A DNA stretch of 64,000 nt from Camelus ferus (lineage: Eukaryota). The notes beneath the pieces were generated by a model that saw only the letters and a list, made by a program, of their open reading frames with translations, ran no database searches and was not told where the DNA came from. The stretch is taken from the NCBI RefSeq assembly GCF_009834535.1, contig NC_045707.1:54624001-54688000 (forward strand). The letters run 5' to 3'. Shown in pieces: positions 52,551-64,000 of the stretch. Position numbers and translations under genes: made by a program. Positions within the stretch are counted from its first letter, which is position 1. Each line of letters starts with the position of its first letter.

Positions 52551-54374
52551 CCAATAAATTAGTTTAGAGGATGACATGTACATTTCATCTCACCTCAACC
52601 CTAGATATGTCTCTATTTTTTTTTCCCTTGATTTAAAAACAAGTGTGATTACTTATTAAATACGGATTAAAGGGAGTAAGAATTTAAGTGAGGAGAATTG
52701 AAGGACTTAATAGAGTTTTGTGGCTTAGGTAGGCAACTTATCTTCTCTGAACCTTAGTCTTCTTATTTTCTTAAAAAAATGAGGAACTGTGTGAGTTCAT
52801 TCCAGGTTTGTGATCCTTTGCAACATTTCCAAGACAGGATTGTGATGCCATGCACTTATTGCTTAATAATTTAGGTTTTTAAAATGTCAAATAGAGTCAA
52901 TATTTTGAGAAGAAATAATATTTCTTTTTAACATTTTTATTCTTTTGAAATTAATTTTATCATATTTTTCCTTTTGGATCATAAAACTATAAAACAATAT
53001 TCCCAGTGAAAATCCTAGCTACATATATATAAAATAAACCTTCAATCAGGATTAAATCAATAATTGTTGAAATTTGGACTAAATCAAATTATTTCCTCAG
53101 CTATTCCTTATAACTTACAAAGCTAAGTATGGGATCACAATATACATGACGAACTGTTTTGCTCCTATTGTAAAGCATCTATGTACTAGTAATTAGTTTC
53201 CTTTCTTTCTTCTTCTTTCTTTTTTTTTCCCCCTCCTCTTGATGATTGATCTTAGGAATTTACATTTGAGTAAACTACACAGTAATTACCTTGGTACGTA
53301 ATGGTATATCTTAGTTAAAACAATTTTAAGAATTCGCTTGATCATGACCATTTTCAAATCATATTGATATTTTTATAACATTAAAGATTAAATGTCTTCA
53401 AAATTATTTTAAAACTAATTTTAATGTAGTCATAAAATAAATGAACACAATCTGAGAAAAGAACATGTGTTTAAATATAAAGGAATACACGAAATAAGTG
53501 GTGATGTAGGAAATTTAAAAGAAAAATGGTTGAAAAGGAATAAGAAAATGTTACTTGCTCAGAAAGATCTGATTTTCAAGTCAAATATTGAAAATCCATT
53601 TGGTCAACTGTATATTCTTTCTTGTCTTTAAAATTGCAATTCCTTTCCCAAAGCTTTGAATGGAAAATGGTGATTGTAAAGAACCATTCTTCAGTTATGG
53701 GAAAGCTGAAGCCATTGTTGAATTTGTTGAATTACTCAATTATTCCAAGAAAGTCCTACAGGGATTTCCAAGGGTGATGGTAATGAATGAAATTGATCTA
53801 ATCTTGCAATATGAAAAGAATTTCTTGGAATGGAACACTTGTTTCACAGAGGAATCTTCAGGGAAATAACTGGCAAAAGCATCCTTTTTTCATGGAAGGA
53901 AACTTATTCACATGACATAAGAGAAGGCATGGACGTTTTAAATCTTAACACAAAGCTTGTCTATTAAAGTCCCACAATAATACTGGCTTCAGGGGCATTT
54001 GCAAGCACTCTGAAAAATGAAAATGCCACAGGCCTTGTTTCAGTGATATACGTACATTCTTGGTGCCAGGTCCTTTTAATTCTTCTCATGTAGTAATGTG
54101 AAATTTAATTTACTTTATGATCTGTCAGGTACAGGCTTCAAGACCTGTGAGGCTACTAGGCATCTTTGATCTACTTTAAAGACTGGCACCAATAAATGGT
54201 ACTCTGACTTGCATTCATAAAGCAAAGCTACTATATGAGACCTTACGGGACTGGACCCCAGTGATGAAGTATACCTCTATGGTACTTAACAGCTTTCAAA
54301 GTTCTTTCATATGTATTTGGTTACTGGAATCCTGTAGCAACCTCAACAACTGTTATAACAACTGCAATACTTCT

Positions 54375-56280
54375 TTAATTCATTTCACCACCTACTCTAC
54401 TACATGACAGCGGCTAACTACAGCTACAGAAAAATAGAAAACCATGCTGGCCGATCTCACTTCAAACTCATGATCAGGAATCTCAAGTGGGCCCTTCTCA
54501 CTACCAGGCAATTTTACTATATTTCCCTAGTCAGTTTACTCTACTACTTTTTACACAACTATTTCACAACCCTTCCCTCTCCTCACTAACAGCTGATAAC
54601 TTTGCTTCTCAATTACTGAGATAGATGCAATTAAAAGAGACTTCCTAAAAACCCTATCAATAAACTTATCATACTACTTGAATCAGCACCTCCATATTTT
54701 TCCTTTCCTTCAATTACAAAGGATGAACCCTTCGTGCTCTTAAGCCACTTCTTCCACTGTTCTTTGCATTCGTTTTTACCTCCTCAAGGATATCACTTCT
54801 GAGTTTTTTCACTTTCTTTTCTATGTTATCAATCTTCCCTCTCTGCTGTTTCTTCTATCAGAGCACAAATATAGTATGTCAGCTTTCTTAAAATATGTCT
54901 CCCCTAACCCTACACTTCTTTCATATAACATATAACACCTGAATTCTTTAAACTTCTGTAGAGAGTTTCAATAGCTCCAGTTCCTTTCCTCCCATTCTCA
55001 TATTACCCACTCGATTATGTATATATTTTTTGTCACCATCAACCAACTGAAGCCACTCTAGTCCATGTGACCAGTGATCTCTACATTCTGGAATCCAAGG
55101 GTCAACTCCTATTACACATCTTGTTTCACCACACAGCAGCCCTCAGCACTGCTAACCACACCACTCTTTGGAGCCTGTTTAGCACTTGAATAGAGAATAT
55201 CAATCTCACTTGATTTTCTTACTTTACTACCTATTTCTTCTTTGCAGTTTCCTCCTTCTTGACTTCTTAATGCTGTAGTTCTACAGGCTCAGTCCCTACA
55301 CTTTTCTTCTTTATCTACAATTCATCTATTTTTGACCTTATCCAGAGTGTATATTTAAATACCATCTAAATGATGATTACTTCAAATTTACTTTTTCAGG
55401 TAGGTCCACTCTCCTGAATTCCATATTTAAATATCCCCACTGCCTATTTAACATTTTTTTTCACTTGAATATATCAGTAGGCACCCCAAAACTGAACTTT
55501 TGTTCTTTCCCTCACAAAAATGCTCTTTCCTGAGTATACAGCAACTCTGTCTTTCCATTTGCTTAGATCATCTTTGAAGCAGTATATCAAAGTGCATCCC
55601 TTTGATGTTTCCTTTCTCTCATTCTTCACATCCAGTTTATCAATAAATCCTGTTGATTCTACCTTTGAAAATCGTCTGGAATATGACTAACTCACTATCA
55701 TCTTCTACCAGTATTATTACAATCACATCTTTTTTCTGTCTTTCTATACTTTGTTCTCTTTTATCTGTTTTCAACACAGCAATTTGGTTATATAAATTAA
55801 TAAATCAGATCCAGTTACTTCTGTGCTCAAAACTCTTCAGTAGGTCCCCATTTTACTCCATTGGCTAATAAGGAACTCACAATCATGGCCCCAGATAATT
55901 CCTTGATCTTAGCTCCTCTGATTCCCTCATTTGATTTACTCCAGCCACATGTTCCACAGATTTTCTAGACCACAACAAAGTTACTCCAGTTTTGGATTAT
56001 GTCTACCATGTTCTTTTGACTCGTCTTCCTCACATTATAGAAGTCTTTGCTCAAATGTCCCTTTTCCTTAGAGGTCTTTCTTGATGATTCTATTAAAAAT
56101 AACTAATTTTCCAAAACTGGCTTCAGTAACACTTTAGCTCTATATTCTACTTTGCATTTCTTTTCTTGGTATTAACATTTTTTAAATCTAATATAAATAA
56201 ACATTTCAAGGGCTTTTGTATGTTTTAAATGGTGACTGACACACAGAGATACTCAATAAATATTTGTTAAATAAGTAAAT
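54375..56280 (+). mobile_element. Long L2a-like LINE fragment (~1.9 kb)
   Basis: Pyrimidine-rich body (gtgaccagtgatctctacatt...aatccaagggtcaac; tttaaataccatctaaatgatgat; ctctgtctttccatttgctt) ending atactcaataaatatttgttaaat. Confidence 0.85.
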
Positions 56281-56319
56281 ATTGTAGACTTTTGGTACAT
56301 GTGCTTGTTTCTGTCTCCC

Positions 56320-56460
56320 TAACCATCTATCACCCACATGGGGCTATATTGTCTATGCAAGAATGGTCTTTCACCTGTTTTGTTTGAGGCTGTGCCCCTG
56401 TAGTTGGACCAGGGTCTGCCTCATGGTAAGACTTGATCAATACATGTTAAATGAATGAAC
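56320..56460 (+). mobile_element. Second L2 3' end
   Basis: ...cctcatggtaagacttgatcaatacatgttaaatgaatgaa tail. Confidence 0.6.
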
Positions 56461-58026
56461 ACACTTTAAAAAATTATCAAGCATTTTAGACCAGAAAGGT
56501 TAAATAGCATGAACTTACATTGTTGTATAATTTAAAATTGGCTTGAATTCAGATCATTAGTTATGATCTGGCTTTAATCTACATTTTCACATCATCTTCT
56601 CCCATGGACCTCTCAATCCACATAAAACTAACCCTCAACAAAACCAGGTCAAATACTATTCCTGAGTACAGCAGCAAATTGCACCTATTTTGTGTGTTGT
56701 TTCTTCTGCCTTGGATACTTTGCTCTTTAGGCTGCTTATTAAAATTTTATTTATTTTTTAAGACCTAATTCAAAGGACAACTTCTTTTTGAAACCCTTCC
56801 AGACTTTTCCACTCAGCTAATGACTCTCTCTCTTTTGCTATATCACAACTCATTTGCATTCATTAAACAATTATTTATTGAATTTTCTAGGGAGTATACT
56901 GGGCACAGTGGAGAAAGGAATGGTTACCTAGATGAATATTTTACTGCGAATGCCCTAGAGTAGATTTTCTAGGGCATTAGAGAAATGGCATACTATTATT
57001 ATTGTTGTTTTATATATGTACTAATAGAATTTTTCTATCAACAATTTCCATTAATTATTCTATTTGTGGTTGTGGTTCTGAATACTGTGCTCAGTATATA
57101 ACCAACTGAGACAGTGTTTGTTAAAATGAAATTAAAATATCCATTCATTTCAGGTCTATCTCTACAGCTGTATGCTAAAACTTCCATAGTTTCTCTGTTA
57201 TGCATGTTATTCTCTATGAGAAACAATAACTGATATCTCCACACTCGAATCAAATGGAGCACAATTTCAGTAAATTATATACCAAGTTTCATCTCTGTCT
57301 TCTCCCCAACTGTCCATTGGGTGTTCCTTCAGTTGAGTACTTACACTGCAATTGTTTTTTATATAAATTGTATGCCTATTAACTAAAGAGGCAGATAAAA
57401 TGTTTTTTCATCTAGAAATTTTGGGAGTGCCCCATTTTCTACATGTATTTTTTTGTTGACTCACTTTACAAGGTATTCTTTTTTCCCAGTCAGAAGAGCT
57501 CAAGAGTTAGGCTGTTGGAATAGACTTGAAAGGTCTATTCCCGTTAGAGATATGTGAGCCAAGATGGAAGCACCACTTTATATCTGTTGTTTGACCTACA
57601 ATTTATAATGAGTTAGAATACTCTTCAGAGAGAGGTGCCAAGATTTTACCATTGCTGTAGAGTAAAACAGGGAAATTTCCAATTGTGTAAACACTACATT
57701 CTTAATCTAATTCAGCCAATGAATGAATGTAGATTCATATTCCCTGCTCTCTGCACTATTTATTTTTCCTCAACTGAAAGCCAGTTCTTGAAAATACCAA
57801 GAGTCTTGATTTTTTTCCCATGGTTATGTAATCAGTCTTGTGGGTGATTCTTTTACATGTTTCTATCTCTGATCATTTTGTTTGAAGTCAAGACAGGTGT
57901 ATGGGATTCCCCTGCTATAATCAGCTCATATATTTATGAAGAAAGGCAGCTAGACACTGTTGTGGTCAAGATATTTTAAGAGAGATGCCTTAAAGTTCAT
58001 TTTCTTCTAGTTTCATAACATATTTT

Positions 58027-58120
58027 TAAAAATTTATTATTGTTTTTTAATGGAGGTACTGGGAATTGAAACCAGGACCTTGTGCAAGCTAAGTATGTGC
58101 TCTACCACTGAGCTATACCC
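58027..58120 (-). mobile_element. tRNA-Ala(AGC)-derived SINE / retroposed tRNA (camelid Vic-1-like)
   Basis: The minus strand reads gggtatagctcagtggtagagcacatacttagcttgcacaaggtcctggtttcaattcccagtacctcca plus an A-rich tail. A box intact, B box degenerate. 14-bp TSD tcataacatatttt at 58013-58026 / 58121-58134. Confidence 0.9.
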
Positions 58121-59151
58121 TCATAACATATTTTAAGCATATTTTTTTGCACATATCAGCAACATTCCTTTCAGTTTTAAAACTATGTGTGTGTGCTTTA
58201 ATGAAGATACAACTTTAAAATTATACTTTATGCGAGATTGTAGCTTGTTTAATTTTGATTCTTTAAAGAATGTAGAGGAAAACATTCATTACTATATTTC
58301 ATCAATAAAATGGGAACATTCTAAATTTGAGATGACTAGATACTAACTAAAATCATGTAACAGAAAATGCTCAGTAAAATAAGCAACTCATCTTATCAGT
58401 GTTAAATTAGCCTTGAAAATTCGTCTTTGTTTATTATGAAAAGAAATAAGCATTTTGATTAACAAAGATCATTGGCACTTTGATCACGTCAGGTATATAC
58501 TTTTGAATAACATACATATCTGAAAATATAATTCCTAGTCTAAATTTTAACCTGTCAAATTTTCTTTGAATTAGCAGGTTCAATATGCCATAGGGTAATA
58601 AAACCATCAAGACTTACTATGCTATTGATAGTGAAAACTGGCCACAGACAATATTTAGAAAAGAGTTGACACAAGTCATTTATTGTAAAATGATTCACTA
58701 TTCTGCCCCTAGTTACACTTCAGTTGAGGCAAAAGTGACAGTGGAGGATGAAGGCATATTTTCTGTTTGTCAGGCTCAGCCAGTATAGAAATACAAATGC
58801 TAATTGTGTTGTAAACTGAGAGCAGCTCAACTTGATTCACCCTAAAATACAGATACAGAATTAGTACCAGGCAGAACAACAGCTCGCTTAGGGAGTTCTG
58901 AGGAAACCTTCACGTGTAGCACTTTGCAATGAAGCTGAGCCAACTAGTTATGGGTGTCTTGCTACTGGAGTCATTAGTCAGGTATACAACTAACTATTCC
59001 AATACTTTTATTGCCCCCCCCCGCCTTTTTAATACTATAGAACTCATTTTCTTTTTAAAATTTTCTTTAAAAAATCTTTCACTGACTAGAGCAACTGCAA
59101 TTTCTTTCTTTTCAAAGTAGGATTGGTAATTGTAGCAAATAAAAACATTTA

Positions 59152-59238
59152 ATGGAACATTCTTTTACAAAACATTATTTGTTGTTTATCAGAAATTGAA
59201 ATTTAACTGAGCATCCTATATTTTATCTGGCAACCCTA
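59152..59238. mobile_element. MER53-like MITE, one arm only
   Basis: ttgtttatcagaaattgaaatttaactgagcatcctatattttatctggcaacccta. Confidence 0.85.
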
Positions 59239-60139
59239 TTTGAATTAAAAAACAGGAAAGCCCTGATTATCACTCAGTTTCAACCCAAAAATATAAAACG
59301 TATTATTGGGATGCTGAAAGAAGGTCATTGTCTTCCCAGCTTATTTAGAGTTCCAATCCACTCAGCTGGACCTGGATACTGACAATGGTGCCCAGACTGT
59401 TTTGTTTCTGTGGTCATTTTAGAATCTTAAAATTTGAGCTTCATTGAATGGGGCATGAACTCCTTTTATTTCCATTCTTGTCCCAAAGAACAAACATTTG
59501 CAAAAGAGAAAAGAGAAATCAGTCTGAAAAGTAGGCTAATTAATCTGCTCAACATTTTTCAGCCACCAAGATACTAGGGTTGAATCTTTCCAAACATACT
59601 GCGGAGCTTGTGTTTTCCTGCTGAACTAAAAGGAGGGTGTTATGGTAGAGAGAATATTGGCTTTGGTCTCAGGAGTTTGTTTTTTTTGTTGCTTTTTTTT
59701 TTTTACTTCTATTTTTAAGTGAAACAAATAATGCAATCTTTTTAGAAACTCAGTTTCTTTCTCTTTAAATAAAAAAAAAAGATCCATCCTAAGGTATCCT
59801 TCCTAAGATTCTCTCAAATTTAACAAAGTGTGAAGACATATTTCTAACCATAATTAAAATATTAATAAAGCAATTATTTGCAGTTGTTTAAAATTTCTGT
59901 TATCCCTGAAATTTGGTTCTATATTCTCTTTGTTTCATCATACACAAATCAGTTATCCCTCTTTCAATATTTTATTCTCAGGATTCAGCACATATCTCAC
60001 AGTTAGGAGGCATTAAATTTAAAAATATGTCCAAACATTGAAAGAATTCTGAGTAGTATAGAATGATAAGGTGAAACTGGTATCTGGCTTTATGTTGTTT
60101 AAATTACAGAAAAATTTCCCCTAAAGTAGTATCATGACT

Positions 60140-60260
60140 TGTATGACAACTCCATGAAGAATGGAATTTTTTCCCGTATTGTTTAATGCTATATCCTAGC
60201 ATCTAGGGGCAGGTCAGGTATATTAGGCATTCAATAAATAAATATCTATTGTATGAATTA
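60140..60260 (+). mobile_element. L2 3' end
   Basis: actccatgaag...tgctatatcctagcatctag...taggcattcaataaata. Confidence 0.7.
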
Positions 60261-61024
60261 AGAGGTCTGTAAAACTTCTTTATAGCTCCCGAAATGCAAT
60301 GCCTCTTTGCAATGAAATAGAATTCCTAAATGAGGTCAAGAATTTTTAATTTTATGAAAAATTAAATGTCAGCTTTGTATGATATTAAACAAAAAAGAAG
60401 TTATTAACTTAATTTTTACCTTTTTAAATTATAAACAGTGTTAACTGCATAGTCAAAAATGTATTTTTGAACTCTAAAATAAAGACTACTTTTTATTAAT
60501 ACCACTTTTGTTTTTAGACATTAAATTTTAATATAGTCATAGTCAACTGTTGAAGACTTAAAGTGGAAAGGTCAAACAGTGAATTCCTCAACTTCTTTTT
60601 TTTGATTTAGAAACCATTTTCATGGTAATAATTTCACTAATGTATATAACCTAATAAATTACGTACCAGTTAAGATACTGAGGAGAGACAAATTTGAATA
60701 AATACTTCCCCTGCCTTCAAGGACATTCTGGTATAATCTTGACGTGAATCATTTTTTTTTCTAGGTATTTTGTATAGTTTTAAGGGATAGGCCATTTGAC
60801 TTTCCCACAGCACATCTAGTTGTAGTGAATTTCAAATTAAATTAAATAACTTATTTATTAATCAAGGTTTTTTGTGTGAACAATAAAGTTATTTAATGAA
60901 TGCTTTGGGCCAAAGTGTACTGATCTTCACGTTAATAAGGATGTTTGATTGCCTTCTGTGACTCTTCCATTTCAATAAGTTTACACCTTTCTATACCATA
61001 ATCACAATGTCCTTAATAATGAGT

Positions 61025-61207
61025 GATGATTATTAAAGATTTTAATATACTATGTGCCTGTCAAGCAACTTTTTTGGTGATATCTCATTTGATCCTTACA
61101 AAGAAGTAGAAAGAGTTATTATAATTACTGTGTAGAAATTAGAAATGAAGCACAGAGCAGCTCACACAGTGTGTAAATAGCAGAGCTAAGATTCAAGACC
61201 AGACAAC
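61025..61207 (-). mobile_element. MIR SINE
   Basis: tatctcatttgatccttacaa...gtaaatagcagagctaagattcaagaccag. Confidence 0.65.
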
Positions 61208-61522
61208 AATGGGCAAAGACAAATTTCTCTCCATAATTAAAACTTCAATAAAGCTATTATTTTAGGGCCCATACTTCACTGCTTCAAGTTGCCTCAAGAA
61301 ACAACCAATTACCGATAACTTTCCATTGACCTGTCCAGATCAGAATTGGTAATTCATAGTTTTTTTTTATTTCATAAGTATTTATTTAGCATCTACTATT
61401 TGCCAGTTACTCGTCTGCACTAACAGAGCAGCTCATAAAACTTATATTTAGAGAGTAGAGACTGAAAAATAAATGCACAGAATCATTTCAGGGAAAGTGC
61501 TATATAAAAAGGAATTTGGCTG

Positions 61523-62458
61523 AGTATCTTTGATGATTATAGATGCAAAAATCCTCAATAATATTAGCAAATAGAATCCAACAACACATAAAAACACTGG
61601 CAAACCAATCAATGTAATATATCACATCAACAAAAGTAAAGACAAAAACCACATGGTCATCTCAACAGATGCAGAAAAAGCATTTGATAAAATTCAACAT
61701 CCGTGATTAAAAGCTCTCACCAAAATGGGTATGCAGGGAAAATATCTCAACATAATAAAAGCCATTTATGACAAGCCCACAGCCAGTATAATACTTAATA
61801 GTGAAAAGCTGAAAGTCTTCCTACTAAATTCTGGAACAAGACAAGGATGCTCACTCTTACCACTTCTATTCAACATAATATTGGAAGTCTTAGCCACAGC
61901 AATCAGACAACAACAACAAAAAATTAAAGGTATCCAAATTGGAAGGGAAAAGTAAAATTGTCATTGTATGCAGATGACATGATACTCTAGATAGAAAACC
62001 CTAAGTACTACACAGAAAAACTATTAGAGCTAATAAATGAATTCAACGAGGTAGCAGGATACAAGATTAATACACAGAAATATGTTTTCTTTATACTAAC
62101 AATGAAATATCAGAAAGAAAAAGTAAAAAAAAAAATCCCCTTTAAAATCAAGCCCCCCCAACAAAACCTACGAATAAACCTAACCAAGGATATGAAAGAT
62201 CTACATACTGAGAACTATAAAATATCAATGAAGGAAACAGGTGATGATACAAATAAATGGAAATATACCCCCTGCTCTTGGATTGGAAGACTTAATATTG
62301 TTAAAATGGCCATACTACCCAAAGCAACCTACAGATTTAATGCGATCCCTATCAAATTACTCATGACATTTTTCACAGAAATAGAAAAATAATCAGAACA
62401 AACAAAAAAAATGGCCATCATCAAAAAGCCTACAAATAATAAATACTGGAGAGGATGC
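61523..62458 (+). pseudogene. L1 ORF2 reverse-transcriptase fragment (frameshifted, internally deleted, no 3' UTR)
   Basis: [19 protein letters not shown]...[25 protein letters not shown] codons at 61967-61978; PCSWIGRLNIVKMAILPKATYRFNAIPIK. Confidence 0.95.
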
Positions 62459-62609
62459 CAGTTTATTTTTTTGCTTGGGATGTGCTACTTCAGTGGTATA
62501 AGTATTGAAGGGACATACCATAAAACACTATTCTTTTACATTTGGAATATATTAGAAGTTTTGTTCCCTTTAAGTGAAATCCCCAAATTTTCTTTAAGTT
62601 AGTGGAAAT

Positions 62610-62765
62610 AACATTCATCTGAGCATCTACTTTTTGTCAGGTACTTTCGTAGATGCTATATTTTACAGACAAGGAAATAAAAACTCAGAGAGATTAAGTT
62701 ACATGCTTAAAGTTACAAAAAGTCTGTGGCAATCATCAAGATTTATACTCAGATCAATCTGCATA
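62610..62765 (-). mobile_element. MIR SINE
   Basis: attttacagacaaggaaataaaaactcagagagattaagttacatgcttaaagttaca. Confidence 0.7.
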
Positions 62766-62899
62766 TAAAAAACTATGGTACATTAAAAGTTTGGATTTAT
62801 AAGCAAAATTGTTTTCATGTTAGACCTTAGCATTTATATATTCTTTTTAAATGAGGGAAAACTTCCACTTTTTTCTATAGTCATATTTCAATAGACTTT

Positions 62900-63060
62900 A
62901 TTTACTGACTCAGTCATTTGGAAGATACTTATTGTGCACCAAATATGTACCAGGTATTTTGATACATATAAGGTCTAAAACAATGACCACAGACAAAACT
63001 CTGGAACCTCATGGAGTTTACATTTTAGGTAGGGAAGACAGATAATAAAATAAATTTGTA
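62900..63060 (-). mobile_element. L2 3' fragment
   Basis: tattgtgcaccaaatatgtaccaggt...cctcatggagtttacattttaggtagggaagacagataat. Confidence 0.75.
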
Positions 63061-64000
63061 AGAAGTATGTTACATAGGGAGATACTTCAAAGTTCTAAGT
63101 ATACAATGATATGAACTTTTTAAAAAAGTTTTGTTAAAACAGACTTCAGCTGAATATGAAGTATACAACTCAACCAATGCAGGGTGCTGAATTAAATTCG
63201 TATATATTTTTAAGCTTGTTTTACCTTACAGACTTCCTGTCATTGTTGTTGGAAAATACATAACAGTTGTTAAATGACAAAGATGAAAATATTTCCTGTA
63301 ACAATGATCTTCTTAAAAAACTGATATTTTAAAGATTTTAGCAAAGTTGTTTTGACTACTAAGGGAATTACCTGAATATGTATAAATCATAAATAGGACA
63401 GCTATTTTTATCTATATTTTATTTATCTATATTTTAGATACACTTCTACATGTATAGTTGTAGAAGCCCTGCTGATTAGTCAACGTTAAATATTTTAAAA
63501 GACTCCAACTAACAGCATATGAAAAGTAGGGCAATTTTTAATAATAAGAAAAAGATGTTGCATCACAAATCTAAAGTGATTCACTGGGAGATGATCTAAA
63601 GCTGTCTGAACATCTGTTTAAAATGGCCCTCAAGAACATGGTTCTTGCTGGATTAAATGAAGATACTTCAGTTTGGAAAATTATAGCTTCTAAAGGACAA
63701 TGCATACCATCATTCCCATTTCTAACCCGTGCTTGTCCTCCAGAGCCCAAACCAGATGCAAACAATTTAATGGCATTTAATGAAATCTTTGGAGGCCCAT
63801 AGTGGAATAGTGCCCACTGGTCGTTAATCAGGTTTGCCAGGTTATTTCATTTATTTTACATTTGCTCCTAAATATATAAAATATAATAATCAGTGTGTTA
63901 TAATTGCCATTGCTCTACACATACCTTTACCTTTTTTTCTGCCTCACAGACTAGATTTCTTTTCTTTTCTTATTTCTTTTTATTTAGGTAAAAGAAAATA

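Noticed and set aside
53660..53869. 69-aa ORF MENGDCKEPFF... that looks protein-like
   Set aside because: No recognisable homology and no convincing splice context. The length is within chance expectation.
58050..58120. Functional tRNA-Ala gene
   Set aside because: Stem mismatches, a degenerate B box, an A-rich tail and a TSD indicate retroposition.
61523..62392. Novel reverse-transcriptase system (retron, DGR or similar)
   Set aside because: It is ordinary mammalian L1 ORF2 with frameshifts and deletions.
62905..62916. Second copy of ctgactcagtca (also at 5831-5842)
   Set aside because: It falls in a decayed L2 tail, and a 12-bp match at this distance is expected by chance.
1..64000. ORF-track entries of 60-126 aa as genes
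   Set aside because: They are short and compositionally biased. Those with recognisable homology are broken L1 ORF2 pieces, and many others lie inside L1, L2, LTR or MITE sequence. No multi-exon gene structure is supportable.
1..64000. Strand bias of L1/LTR elements as evidence of host-gene orientation
   Set aside because: Both orientations are well represented, and the slight minus excess is too small to interpret.

Overview
This is AT-rich, CpG-depleted mammalian non-coding DNA, either a gene desert or a large intron. It is most likely from a camelid (camel/alpaca/llama), judged from a tRNA-Ala-derived SINE at 58027-58120 and the 3' UTR style of the young L1 copies. I found no credible intact protein-coding gene, structural RNA gene, CRISPR array or other prokaryotic system. 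Every ORF-track entry with recognisable homology is a degraded L1 ORF2 piece; L1 ORF1 and Charlie transposase remnants were found by hand translation. The window is a layered fossil record of L1, L2, MIR, MaLR/ERVL/ERV1 solo LTRs and hAT DNA transposons, several with target-site duplications (TSDs) and nesting. The most interesting non-repeat signals are a cluster of four STAT GAS motifs within 155 bp (53743-53897), a CpG-enriched patch with splice donors and a Kozak-context short ORF (27710-28115), other motif-rich unique stretches, and a strong splice acceptor at the window's right edge. Repeat family names come from my recollection of consensus sequences, not a database search. Boundaries without a TSD are approximate.
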